Assembly: GCA_023261755.1 (NCBI GenBank)
Contig: JAGDXS010000002.1
Span: forward strand, 365 to 64,364
Origin: Thermoplasmata archaeon
GTDB lineage: Archaea; Thermoplasmatota; Thermoplasmata; Thermoplasmatales; ARK-15
Direction of reading: 5' to 3'
Length of the DNA: 64,000 nucleotides
Below are positions 50,458-59,885 of the stretch, in pieces. The notes beneath the pieces are model-generated. The model was not told where the DNA came from, searched no databases, and saw nothing but the letters and a program-made list of their open reading frames with translations. Position 1 is the stretch's first letter. Each line of letters begins with the position of its first letter. The position numbers were made by a program, and so were the translations under genes.

Positions 50458-50646
50458 ATGATGTATGATAGCAAATTATCAGAGAAATATTCTGTAGAGA
50501 AGCTCCTGCTTGAATTATGCAAGATAAGGAAAATAGCATTAGCAAACGGAAAAGAAGTAACTTCAGAAATAACGAAAAGGCAAAGAAAGATCTTAGAATC
50601 TTTAAACATTTCAGCCGATTATGTGCCTAAAAATTCGAGAGTTTAG
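50458..50646 (+). other. Orphan 62-aa ORF in a ~730-bp gene-poor gap (possible gene remnant)
   Basis: This is the only ORF with protein-like composition in 50177-50905. Short in-frame fragments follow in shifted frames at about 50703-50815. No family was recognised. Confidence 0.2.
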
Positions 50647-50905
50647 GTTAGTCATATATTCTTTTCATTATCTACATTAAAAAAATTCGTTTTACAAAAA
50701 AAAAGGCAAAATTTATGGAGAGTTTGAGAATCTGTACGAAGAAAAATCAAAAGAATGAATAAGAACGCATCACAAGCAGAATTTACATCGGATTATTTAA
50801 CAGAGAAAATTTAATAAATGATATTTATTTTAATAATCTGTCAAGAGAACTTTTTTCATAGGACCCTTAGTTATCAATCTTTAAAATTTTAAAAAAAATA
50901 AAAAA

Positions 50906-52129
50906 TTATAGTTTTAACAATTTTTCTAGATTTTTCTTGATTGCATCTATGAATTCTTCTGATGTTACAACTGCCTTAATTGGTGGTTCTGCTAAATTGG
51001 CTACATCCTGTGTCATTATCCTGTCATCCTCAATTGTCTTTATTACTGCCTCTTCTAATTTCAGAGAAAAGTTAACTAGATCTTTATTTCCATCTATTTC
51101 TCCCCTTCTCTTCAGACCCCTCGTCCAAGCGTATATGAGAGCAGTTGGATTTGTAGATACTTTTTCACCCTTCAGGTACCTATAATAATGTCTCTGAACA
51201 GTACCGTGTGCTGCCTCGGAGAGGTAATATCCTTCAGGAGAGAATAGTTCAGAAGTCATCAATGCCAATGTGCCAACATATGCTGTTGATACAAAATCTG
51301 AGAACACATCACCATCATAGTTCTTGCACGCCCACACGAAGCCACCCTCAGATCTCACCACTCTTGCAACAGCATCGTCTATGAGGTAATAATTGTAATT
51401 AATATTCAGTTTCTTAAATTCTTCCTTGAACTCCTTTTCAAATATTGTATTGAAAATTTCCTTGAACCTTGCATCATAGACCTTTGATATTGTATCCTTA
51501 GTTGCAAACCATAAATCCATTTTGTTCATGATAGCATATTTGAAAGTCGCCCTTGCAAATCCTTCTATTGATTTATCAAGATTATAAACACCCTGAAGCA
51601 CCCCTGGCCCAGAAAATTTCGGATAAGATACCTTTTTCTCATTTCCCTTTTCTGATTTGTATACAATTTCTGCACTACCAGGTTCTTCAAACCTTATTCC
51701 GATGCCATCATAAATGTCTCCAAAGGCATGCCTTGCAACTACAATAGGCTTTTTCCAAAATCTTACCGCTGGCTGAATACTTTTGACGGTGATTGGTGCC
51801 CTGAAAACCGTTCCATCAAGAATTTTCCTTATTGTTCCATTCGGGCTTGGCCACTCTTTCTTTAAATTGAATTCCTTTACCCTTTCTGCATTTGGAGTAA
51901 TTGTTGCGCACTTAACACCTACGCCCCATTTCTTAACCGCTTCTGCTGCTTGAAAAGTTACCTGATCGTTTGTCTTATCCCTATTCAAAACATGCAGATC
52001 ATAATATTCAGTTTTAAGGTCCACATAGGGCATTAATAATTTTTCTTTCACCCACGCCCAGAGAACACGGGTCATTTCATCTCCATCCATTTCAACTACT
52101 GGCTTATCCATAGAAATTTTACTTTTCAT
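50906..52129 (-). CDS. icd: NADP-dependent isocitrate dehydrogenase, eukaryote-like (subfamily II) homodimeric type
   Basis: VVEMDGDEMTRVLW...NDQVTFQAAEAVKKWGVGVKCATITP...WPSPNGTIRKILDGTVFRAPI is near-collinear with cytosolic/mitochondrial IDH1/2-type enzymes. 407 aa. Confidence 0.93.
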   Translation of the reverse strand: MKSKISMDKPVVEMDGDEMTRVLWAWVKEKLLMPYVDLKTEYYDLHVLNRDKTNDQVTFQAAEAVKKWGVGVKCATITPNAERVKEFNLKKEWPSPNGTIRKILDGTVFRAPITVKSIQPAVRFWKKPIVVARHAFGDIYDGIGIRFEEPGSAEIVYKSEKGNEKKVSYPKFSGPGVLQGVYNLDKSIEGFARATFKYAIMNKMDLWFATKDTISKVYDARFKEIFNTIFEKEFKEEFKKLNINYNYYLIDDAVARVVRSEGGFVWACKNYDGDVFSDFVSTAYVGTLALMTSELFSPEGYYLSEAAHGTVQRHYYRYLKGEKVSTNPTALIYAWTRGLKRRGEIDGNKDLVNFSLKLEEAVIKTIEDDRIMTQDVANLAEPPIKAVVTSEEFIDAIKKNLEKLLKL

Positions 52130-52201
52130 GAAATCACCTAAAAACCATAATGCAAAACATAGTTATAAATTTAACAATTTTCTCAAAAAAAATTAAAAAA
52201 T

Positions 52202-53593
52202 TTAATCTGGTTGTACTACTATTTTTTCATTTGATGCCTCTTCCAAGGATTTATTTGCTGGTTCTTTAATTGCTAGGGATACTAAACCACCCACTATGGA
52301 TATTCCACCAAGAATCAAGAGGACCTCTTTCAGACCTATAGAAACCAAAAGCACTGGCATTAACAATGTGCTTATGGCTGCTCCAACTTTTCCAGCTGCT
52401 GCGGAAATACCGTGGCCAGTGGTTCTGTACTTAACTGGAAATACTTCAGCAGGTATTATAAATGTAGTTTCGTTCGGTCCAAAGTCAATGAAGAAGAATG
52501 ACAGAGCATAAAGTATGAAAGCAATATCAACAGGTATAGTAAAACCAACTACTTTTGATCCATGTACAATCATTACACTTGATACTACTATGTATAGAAG
52601 TGCCATCATTATAAAGCCCTGAACTTGAATGACCTTCCTGCCTAGCTTATCAAGCAGACCAACTGCTGTGAAATAGCCAAAGAATCCAACCATAAAGGGC
52701 AGACCAGCAATAAGGACTTTCATTGGGAGTGATGTTGCAGGTATAATGTTACTTACTATTGGGCTTGAGTATATTCCAGTACCATAATATGCAATATCAA
52801 GGAAGAACCATGTGCTAGCTGTTACAAGCAAAGTTTTCCAGTATGATTTTATAAATATTGAGAACTTAGATACCTGGGTAGTTGCCTTTGGCAAATCTTT
52901 ATTATCCACTCCCAAAACTTTTTTTGCATTCTTTGCTGTTTCAACATCCTGAGAAACCAACAAAGAATACCTTGGTGTTTCTGGAAGCTTTCTTCTTAGA
53001 TATATTACTGCTAATGCAGGAATTGCACCGAAAGCAAGCATAAATCTCCATGCAAAGTCTGGTGAGAATGCTACAACTGAAATCACACCAACAGCTACTG
53101 CTACAACAGATCCAATACCTTGATTTGCAAATACAAAGCCTATCAATTTTCCTCTATCATTCTTGTTAGAATATTCGCTCATTATTGTGGCACTTACTGG
53201 ATAATCACCACCTATGCCTATACCGAGGAGAAATCTTGATATGAACAAGAACCAGAAATTCATTGAAAATGCGCTTAATAAAGCACCTATAGCCAGAATA
53301 GATGCCTCTATACCATAAACCCTTTTCCTACCATATATATCTGCAATTCTGCCGAACATTAATTGACCGACGATTGCTGCTGCAATTGCTGATGTACCTA
53401 TTAAAGCAGATTGAACAGTGTTCAAATGGAATGCAGTGTTGTAATGACCAGTTAAAAGAATTAAAACAATGCCTATTATGAACAAATCGTATGCATCTGT
53501 AAAAAATCCCATCCCTGATGTGAACCATATCTTTATATGGCCGAAGTTAAGTTTCTGGGAATCTATATCCTCAAATGGATTACCTTTTTCCAT
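52202..53593 (-). CDS. MFS transporter, PHS (Pho84-like inorganic phosphate:H+ symporter) family
   Basis: GFFTDAYDLFIIG, GRIADIYGRKR and 12 TM helices. ATG at 53593 is preceded by a GGTGA SD. The ORF-track start is 53641. Confidence 0.8.
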   Translation of the reverse strand: MEKGNPFEDIDSQKLNFGHIKIWFTSGMGFFTDAYDLFIIGIVLILLTGHYNTAFHLNTVQSALIGTSAIAAAIVGQLMFGRIADIYGRKRVYGIEASILAIGALLSAFSMNFWFLFISRFLLGIGIGGDYPVSATIMSEYSNKNDRGKLIGFVFANQGIGSVVAVAVGVISVVAFSPDFAWRFMLAFGAIPALAVIYLRRKLPETPRYSLLVSQDVETAKNAKKVLGVDNKDLPKATTQVSKFSIFIKSYWKTLLVTASTWFFLDIAYYGTGIYSSPIVSNIIPATSLPMKVLIAGLPFMVGFFGYFTAVGLLDKLGRKVIQVQGFIMMALLYIVVSSVMIVHGSKVVGFTIPVDIAFILYALSFFFIDFGPNETTFIIPAEVFPVKYRTTGHGISAAAGKVGAAISTLLMPVLLVSIGLKEVLLILGGISIVGGLVSLAIKEPANKSLEEASNEKIVVQPD

Positions 53594-53712
53594 CTTTTCA
53601 CCAAATGTTAGAACATTTGAAATCATATATATCATGTGCATTTAGATTATATATTGATATATAGAATATATATTAATGTAAAATTTAAATATTAAATCTA
53701 TATCCTATAAAT

Positions 53713-54696
53713 ATGGAATTCAGAAAGGTGCAAAAAACTGGTGGATCAACGTACATAATTTCACTCCCAAAGGAATGGGCATTGAAGAATAACATAAAGG
53801 ATGGTGACATACTTACAATAAAGGAAAATGAGAATGGACATTTGATCATTGCGAAGGAAATATCTGAAAGGGAAATACAGAAGGAAATTGAATTGAATGT
53901 AAAAAAAGAGAGTGAGGATCTCATTCTTAGAAAATTAATTGCTCTTTACTTGAATGGATTTAATACAATTAGGGTATATACAGATTCTATTACAGATGAA
54001 ATTAAAAATGCAATAATGAAATTCACCACTTTGAGCTTAGGTGTTGAAATTGTAGAAGAGACAAACAAGTACTTTCTTCTCCAAGATCTTTCAAAATTCT
54101 CAGATTTACCCATGGAAAAAATACTACAGAGATTGTACATAATGACTGAAAACATGCTTATAGATACAAAAAATCTTTTTAACAATTTTAATGAAAATCT
54201 GGCGAAGGATATCATGGACAGGGATACTCAAATAGATAGGTTATTCTGGTTAATTTCAAAACAATTTTACACTGCTTTAAAAAATAATAGCATTTTAAAG
54301 GACCAGGGACTAGATATCACAAGGGCATTCAACATAAGATCCATAGCCAAATTATTTGAAAGGATAGGTGACCATTCGGTTGGCATTTCTTCAACAATGG
54401 TGGAATATAAATTGCAAAATGGAAAAATTATCCTGCCTTATTTTGATAAAGTTTTGGACATTTTCAAAAATTCATACCTTTCTTATAAAACTCTGGACAT
54501 AGATTTGGCAAACAATGTAGTTGAAAATTCACACAAATTTCATAATGATGTGAAAAATCTTCTCAATGAACTTGAAAAAAAGAAAATTAAGGACATTTCA
54601 AGCATTTCTTCCATTTTTGAAAGCCTGATTAGAATTGCAATGTATTCAGCGGATCTTTCGGAAATAACAATAGATGAAAAAATGAGCAATTTATGA
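53713..54696 (+). CDS. phoU: Phosphate uptake regulator: AbrB/SpoVT DNA-binding domain fused to tandem PhoU domains
   Basis: N-terminus RKVQKTGGSTYIISLPKEWALKNNIKDGDIL (SpoVT/AbrB), then PhoU-like repeats (DRDTQIDRLF...; ERIGDHSV). Confidence 0.85.
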   Translation: MEFRKVQKTGGSTYIISLPKEWALKNNIKDGDILTIKENENGHLIIAKEISEREIQKEIELNVKKESEDLILRKLIALYLNGFNTIRVYTDSITDEIKNAIMKFTTLSLGVEIVEETNKYFLLQDLSKFSDLPMEKILQRLYIMTENMLIDTKNLFNNFNENLAKDIMDRDTQIDRLFWLISKQFYTALKNNSILKDQGLDITRAFNIRSIAKLFERIGDHSVGISSTMVEYKLQNGKIILPYFDKVLDIFKNSYLSYKTLDIDLANNVVENSHKFHNDVKNLLNELEKKKIKDISSISSIFESLIRIAMYSADLSEITIDEKMSNL

Positions 54697-55047
54697 TTAT
54701 AAATTTCTATTCATTTCCAATTCTATTTTTTTGTAAAATTCATTAATATCAAGAATTAAACCGCTCTCCACTTGGCAGCAAGCTAGATAATCATAATCAT
54801 ATTTATGCTTTTCATAAATCCATGCCATATTTGTTTTAATAAATTTTTCAATCTCCTCGTCACGTATTTTCTTTTCATTTGATATTAAAAAGCAATAATA
54901 AAAAGCGTCCTTTGATACCTTTTCAATTTCCTGGTTTACTTCAATCTGATATTCAATTTCATAATTAAAAAAAGCTCTTTCCTTAAAGAATCTGAATTCT
55001 TTAAAATTTATTTTATTAAATACCAATTTACCATACTTGAAATTCAT
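54697..55047 (-). CDS. Hypothetical protein (last gene of the acyl-CoA operon)
   Basis: ORF 54697..55149. ATG at 55047 (MNFKYGKL) avoids overlap with the crotonase gene. No recognisable family. Confidence 0.35.
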   Translation of the reverse strand: MNFKYGKLVFNKINFKEFRFFKERAFFNYEIEYQIEVNQEIEKVSKDAFYYCFLISNEKKIRDEEIEKFIKTNMAWIYEKHKYDYDYLACCQVESGLILDINEFYKKIELEMNRNL

Positions 55048-55069
55048 AATTCTAGTATTTAATTCATTT

Positions 55070-55810
55070 TTATAATTTTTTTCTTTTTCCATTGAGAAAT
55101 TTTTTTGCACCTTCAAATGGTACCTTGCTATCCAAGACCTCTTTCCCAAACTTTGCTTCTATTTCCATCCTTTTTTCAAATTCAAATGAAGAGTATAGAG
55201 CAAGCCTATCATTCCTTAGAGTTATTTGGGGATATTTCGTTATAATTTCAGCAATTTCAACAGCTCTAGAGAGTGACTCTCCTGTAGGTACTATTTCATT
55301 CACTATGCCCATTTTGAAAGCTTCATCCGCATTTATTAATTTACCTGTAAGTATCAAATACAATGCATTTCCTATACCGGCTATTAGGGGAAGTCTTTGT
55401 GTACCACCATCTATTAGAGGTACACCAAATCTTCTTTCAAGAAAACCGAACTGAGATCCCTGCTCTGCTATCCTGATATCAGCCCATAATGCGAGTTCAA
55501 AGCCACCGGCTACGCAATATCCAGATACTGCAGCAATCAAAGGCTTTGATAAAATTCTTCTTGTAAATCCTAAAGGGCCATTGGAATTCATTGACCTCTT
55601 TTCAAGATTATTTAAATCACTTAAATCCGCCCCGGATGAAAAATTTCCACCTTCTCCGTAAATGATTGAAATATAAAGATTTTCATCCTTTTCAAAATTT
55701 ATGAATGTTTTCTCCAGTTCCTGTGCTGTTTTTAAATCTATTGCATTCCTTTTTTCTGGCCTGTTTATTGAAATTATTAGAATATGATCTACTATACTTG
55801 TTTTAATCAT
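55070..55810 (-). CDS. Enoyl-CoA hydratase/isomerase (crotonase)
   Basis: RPEKRNAI, SGADL and CVAGGFELALWADIRIA motifs. Confidence 0.88.
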   Translation of the reverse strand: MIKTSIVDHILIISINRPEKRNAIDLKTAQELEKTFINFEKDENLYISIIYGEGGNFSSGADLSDLNNLEKRSMNSNGPLGFTRRILSKPLIAAVSGYCVAGGFELALWADIRIAEQGSQFGFLERRFGVPLIDGGTQRLPLIAGIGNALYLILTGKLINADEAFKMGIVNEIVPTGESLSRAVEIAEIITKYPQITLRNDRLALYSSFEFEKRMEIEAKFGKEVLDSKVPFEGAKKFLNGKRKKL

Positions 55811-55822
55811 GTGAACACCCTT

Positions 55823-56179
55823 TTATTCCAACTTGAATAACAAGCCTTCTTCATCTCCCTTTTCAAATGTTACATCCCTGCCCAATAAATCCTTGTCCTT
55901 AATATTTTCAATCCTGGCTTGGATTCTTGAACCATCTTCAAGCTCTATGATAGCAATAGCGTAAGGAGCCTTATCCTTGAAATTTGTCGGAACAACATCT
56001 AGAATGGTATATGTAACAATCTTTCCTCTTTTCGATAAATACGTGTCTTTAATATCATGCGATCCACAGTTTGGGCAGAAATTTTGTATTGTCAACCATC
56101 TGTGCTTGCATGAATTGCATTCAAAACCTAATAAATTTCCTTCCTTTAATGAATTCAAATAATCCTTTACATAGTGCAT
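55823..56179 (-). CDS. DUF35 Zn-ribbon/OB-fold protein (thiolase partner)
   Basis: CNSCKHRW...CPNCGS zinc ribbon followed by an OB fold. Its start codon abuts the thiolase stop. Confidence 0.85.
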   Translation of the reverse strand: MHYVKDYLNSLKEGNLLGFECNSCKHRWLTIQNFCPNCGSHDIKDTYLSKRGKIVTYTILDVVPTNFKDKAPYAIAIIELEDGSRIQARIENIKDKDLLGRDVTFEKGDEEGLLFKLE

Positions 56180-57337
56180 CTATTTCAGCCTCCTGAAAAT
56201 ATTTATGGTAACAGATCCTCCAGTTGCACCCACATTATGGGTAAGGCCAATTTCAGGATTAGAAACCTGCCTGTTCTTGTCCACCCTGAAAAGCATTTGA
56301 TCGTATATTTCAACTATCTGCGCGATACCTGTTGCAGATACTGGATGGCCCTTCGCCTTTAAACCACCAGAGGGATTCACTGGCTTTTTACCATCGAACT
56401 GTGTTATACCTTCAAGAGAAGCTTTACCACCATCACCCTTTTTGAAAAATCCAATGTCCTCCATGGCCATCACTTCAGCTATTGTAAAGCAATCATGAAC
56501 TTCTGCAAATGAAATCATTTCTGGTGAAGTCTTGGAATATTTGTAAGCCTTCTCTGAAGCTATCTTTGCTCCTGGAATGCCTGTGTAATCATTCCTGTCT
56601 TGGAGAGCTGCCATGCTTCCTGATCTTACTGATGCAAGAACTTTCACCAGCTCAGATTTTTTAATTTTTGCATCCTCATTGATTAAAATTATTGCTGCAG
56701 CACCATCGCTGAATGGGCAAGAATCATAAAGTTTAAGAGGATATGCCACAACCGGACTTTTTAAGTAGGTATCCATGTCAATGATCTTTCTGAAATGCGC
56801 CTTAGGGTTGTAAAATCCATTCCTATGGTTCTTGATTGCTATCGATCCAAGCATTTCTTCACTAGTTCCATACTTGTTCATGTGTGCTGTGGCCATCAAT
56901 GCATATAAGCCTGGAAAGGTCACGCCATTCAATCCTTCGTACCAGAAATCACTTGCCATGGCGAACAACCTTGTATTTTCTGGCGTTGAATTCATGGTCA
57001 ATTTTTCATATCCAACTACCAAAGCTATATTATAAAATCCTGAAGAGAGAGCAACATATGCTTCATGGAATGCTGCACTTGACCCGGAACAGGCAGATTC
57101 TATAGTTAGGCTAGGCCTATCTGGTATGCCTAATGCACTATTTATTAAAGGACCAACGTGGACTTGGTTTTCTCCTATACCAAAAGCACTGCTCACGTAG
57201 GTTGCATCTATGTCTTTAGGCTCTATGCCTGCATCCTCTATGGCAGAGATTGCAGCCTCCAAAGCCAATTCCCTTCCCAACCTTTCAGATTTGCCAAAAT
57301 TCGTCATCCCAACGCCTGCAACATAAACATTTTTCAT
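56180..57337 (-). CDS. Thiolase (acetyl-CoA C-acetyltransferase, archaeal/SCP-x type)
   Basis: Nucleophile region ESACSGSSAAF, C-terminal HNVGATGGS. 385 aa. Confidence 0.9.
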   Translation of the reverse strand: MKNVYVAGVGMTNFGKSERLGRELALEAAISAIEDAGIEPKDIDATYVSSAFGIGENQVHVGPLINSALGIPDRPSLTIESACSGSSAAFHEAYVALSSGFYNIALVVGYEKLTMNSTPENTRLFAMASDFWYEGLNGVTFPGLYALMATAHMNKYGTSEEMLGSIAIKNHRNGFYNPKAHFRKIIDMDTYLKSPVVAYPLKLYDSCPFSDGAAAIILINEDAKIKKSELVKVLASVRSGSMAALQDRNDYTGIPGAKIASEKAYKYSKTSPEMISFAEVHDCFTIAEVMAMEDIGFFKKGDGGKASLEGITQFDGKKPVNPSGGLKAKGHPVSATGIAQIVEIYDQMLFRVDKNRQVSNPEIGLTHNVGATGGSVTINIFRRLK

Positions 57338-57346
57338 AAAACCACC

Positions 57347-58807
57347 CTATAACGAATTTATTATGCCTGATGAATATAGAGCGAGCTTTTTACTTCCATC
57401 ATAATTGTAGCTCCTTGACAATTCTATAATGCTCGCTTCAATCGATCCTTCGGCATGCAGCATTGCAGCCGTAAATAGAGATCCATAAGATGAAATAATT
57501 TCCCTTACAAGGGCAATTAGTCTTACTCTTTCTTCAGTGCTATTTATTTTTGCGCCAGATAGATATTTCATTATTAAATCCTTTTCATCAGGATTTTCAA
57601 GATCATCATTATGAGGCAATGTTGCAGCTAGACCTCCTGCAATGTCAACAAGATTTTTTATTGCATTTAGGTAATTATCATTTGCAAATAGCTTACCTAT
57701 GTTTGTGTATATTCTATTTGGTACTGCAATTCCAGTATTTTTATCAATTTCATATTTTTCAGATGCACCCAATCCAGATAAAATTAAATTTTCCTTGTAT
57801 GTCAAAAGATTTACTATATTTCTTCTTATGTTAGGCGCATTCTCTATTCCATTGTGCTCAGAAATTAGCTTTCCTAAACCTAAAAATAGGTCTGCCATTG
57901 CTGCCCTGTAAGCTATTGCTGTGAACCTATGAAATGTTGGAAACATGCTTGCCATAATGCCTGCGTATTTCCATTCACCAGCCATGAAAACTCTTTCCCA
58001 AGGTACAAATACATCATCAAATATTGTAAGTGTTTCATTTTCAGCATTGTTATTTCCCATCACAAAAGATGGGTCACTAATCGCTGCCTCTGTTGCCTTC
58101 ATCGGCCTAGATATCATTTTTATACCCTTAGTGTTTGGAGGCACTGCAAATGCAACAGCATAGTCCTTATCATTCTCTAGCAAATTTCTGGTAGGAATTA
58201 CTATTAGTTCATTACTGGCTATTGATTGCGTTGTATGGGCTTTAGCTCCTCTCACTATGATACCTTCCTTATTCTTTTCTATTATTCTTACATACAGGTC
58301 AGGATCATTCTGCTCACTTGGCCTTTTTGATCTATCACCCTTAACATCTGTTTGAGCTACAGCAAGTGCCAGATCATTCTCTATAACATATTCATAAAAG
58401 TTTTTTACATTTTTTGAATAATCTGTTCTGTATTCCTTATCAATTAATTGAGCAACGATCATTAGTGCAAATATTGCATCAGAACCTATAGCCTTAATTA
58501 TGTTAAACATCCCTCTACCCTGTCTAGTTGTTTCATAAATGAGGTTGAACCTTTCCCATAGATCCTTTTCATTCCTTGGTATTTTGTAGAATGCACTGAT
58601 TTCACCATATTTTTCATCTTTCGTTACTAGCAAATTTTTGAATTTTTCATCCTTTTGCATTTTGTATAAATTTGATGCATGCTTTATAGCAACGTTCAAT
58701 ATTTTATGGTTTGCCACATCAGAAACTTTTTTTCCTCTATAGAATACTGTTCTACCATCATTTAAACTATTAATATATTCTTCGTAGCTTTTAATCATTA
58801 AATTCAC
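57347..58807 (-). CDS. 4-hydroxybutyryl-CoA dehydratase / 4-hydroxyphenylacetate 3-hydroxylase (AbfD/HpaB) family protein, cysteine-free
   Basis: 486 aa with family-typical N- and C-terminal blocks (VFYRGKKV...; VRGAKAHTT; DDVFVPWERVF; LHAEGS). The translation contains no Cys residue. Confidence 0.8.
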   Translation of the reverse strand: MNLMIKSYEEYINSLNDGRTVFYRGKKVSDVANHKILNVAIKHASNLYKMQKDEKFKNLLVTKDEKYGEISAFYKIPRNEKDLWERFNLIYETTRQGRGMFNIIKAIGSDAIFALMIVAQLIDKEYRTDYSKNVKNFYEYVIENDLALAVAQTDVKGDRSKRPSEQNDPDLYVRIIEKNKEGIIVRGAKAHTTQSIASNELIVIPTRNLLENDKDYAVAFAVPPNTKGIKMISRPMKATEAAISDPSFVMGNNNAENETLTIFDDVFVPWERVFMAGEWKYAGIMASMFPTFHRFTAIAYRAAMADLFLGLGKLISEHNGIENAPNIRRNIVNLLTYKENLILSGLGASEKYEIDKNTGIAVPNRIYTNIGKLFANDNYLNAIKNLVDIAGGLAATLPHNDDLENPDEKDLIMKYLSGAKINSTEERVRLIALVREIISSYGSLFTAAMLHAEGSIEASIIELSRSYNYDGSKKLALYSSGIINSL

Positions 58808-58813
58808 CTTTTT

Positions 58814-59767
58814 TCATTTTTTGTATTCGTAAAAACCTTTCCCTGATTTCATTCCCCACCATCCGGCAGAAATCATATATTTTAAAGATTCTGGCGCTAT
58901 ATAATTATCTCCAAAAGCTTCCCTGAAACTTCTTAAAACATGGTAAACAATGTCAACACCAACGTAATCGGCTAGTTCAAATGGACCCATGGGCATTCCT
59001 GCACCCTTTTTCATTGCTATGTCAACTGTTCTGTAATCTGCAATGCCCTCATCTGTTATTTTCAGAGCCTCATTTATCATGGGAATTAGTATTCTGTTTA
59101 CCACAAAACCCGTTCTCTCCTTTACCTTAACCGGTACGATCCTCTCCCTGTGGTTTTTCAAATTATTAAAAAATTCATAGACTGTATTCACAGTATTTTC
59201 AGATGTCTGCAAAGCAGGAACGATTTCCACTAGAGGCAACGTATAAGGAGGATTGAAGAAATGGGTTATAATAACATTTTCAGGTATTCTGTAATGGGAT
59301 GCCATCTCTGTAATGCTCAGCGAAGATGTATTAGAAGCAAGAATACTTTTCTCGGATAAAATTTTTGAAAGATCCTCAAATAATTTATTTTTTATTTCTT
59401 GATTTTCAAATATTGCCTCTATGATTAAATCGCAATCTTTTAATTCATCAAAATTTTCTGTAGGCTTGATCCTCGATAATATTGAATTTTTATCAATACT
59501 TTTTCCAAGATTTTTCTTTAACTGCTCTTTTTGGTCATCGCTCAATTTAATTCCTAATTTTTCTATCCTTTCTATTTCTTTTATTGGCCTTTCCCTGAGA
59601 TATTTTTCAAAATCATCAAGAATTCTCTTTATGTTTTTTATTCCCTTTTCAGTTAGTTCCATATTCTGGTCTTTAAGAATTACTTCTAGACCATTGTAGG
59701 CCATTACTTCAGCTATAGCAGATCCCATGGATCCTGCTCCTATAATACCAACTTTTTTAATTTCCAT
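58814..59767 (-). CDS. 3-hydroxyacyl-CoA (3-hydroxybutyryl-CoA) dehydrogenase
   Basis: Rossmann fold VGIIGAGSMGSAIA, the HFFNP motif and a C-terminal dimerisation domain. Confidence 0.9.
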   Translation of the reverse strand: MEIKKVGIIGAGSMGSAIAEVMAYNGLEVILKDQNMELTEKGIKNIKRILDDFEKYLRERPIKEIERIEKLGIKLSDDQKEQLKKNLGKSIDKNSILSRIKPTENFDELKDCDLIIEAIFENQEIKNKLFEDLSKILSEKSILASNTSSLSITEMASHYRIPENVIITHFFNPPYTLPLVEIVPALQTSENTVNTVYEFFNNLKNHRERIVPVKVKERTGFVVNRILIPMINEALKITDEGIADYRTVDIAMKKGAGMPMGPFELADYVGVDIVYHVLRSFREAFGDNYIAPESLKYMISAGWWGMKSGKGFYEYKK

Positions 59768-59885
59768 AGATGTTTAAACAGAAATCTTCTTTAAATAATT
59801 TTCTTAATTTTTATCTCTTGATTAAAAAATTTTTAATAATACAGAATTATTTTAAACACTTTTTTAAAAAAATTTTAATTAAAAA

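Noticed and set aside
50288-50500. AUGAUGU motifs (near 50290 and 50456) as candidate C boxes or an ncRNA in the long gap.
   Set aside because: No CUGA D box lies at a compatible distance on either strand, and no complementary terminal stems are present.
50177-50905. The long AT-rich gap as a replication origin.
   Set aside because: I could not see repeated ORB-like elements (no TTCCA/TGGAA-type inverted repeats), and no orc1/cdc6 gene is nearby.
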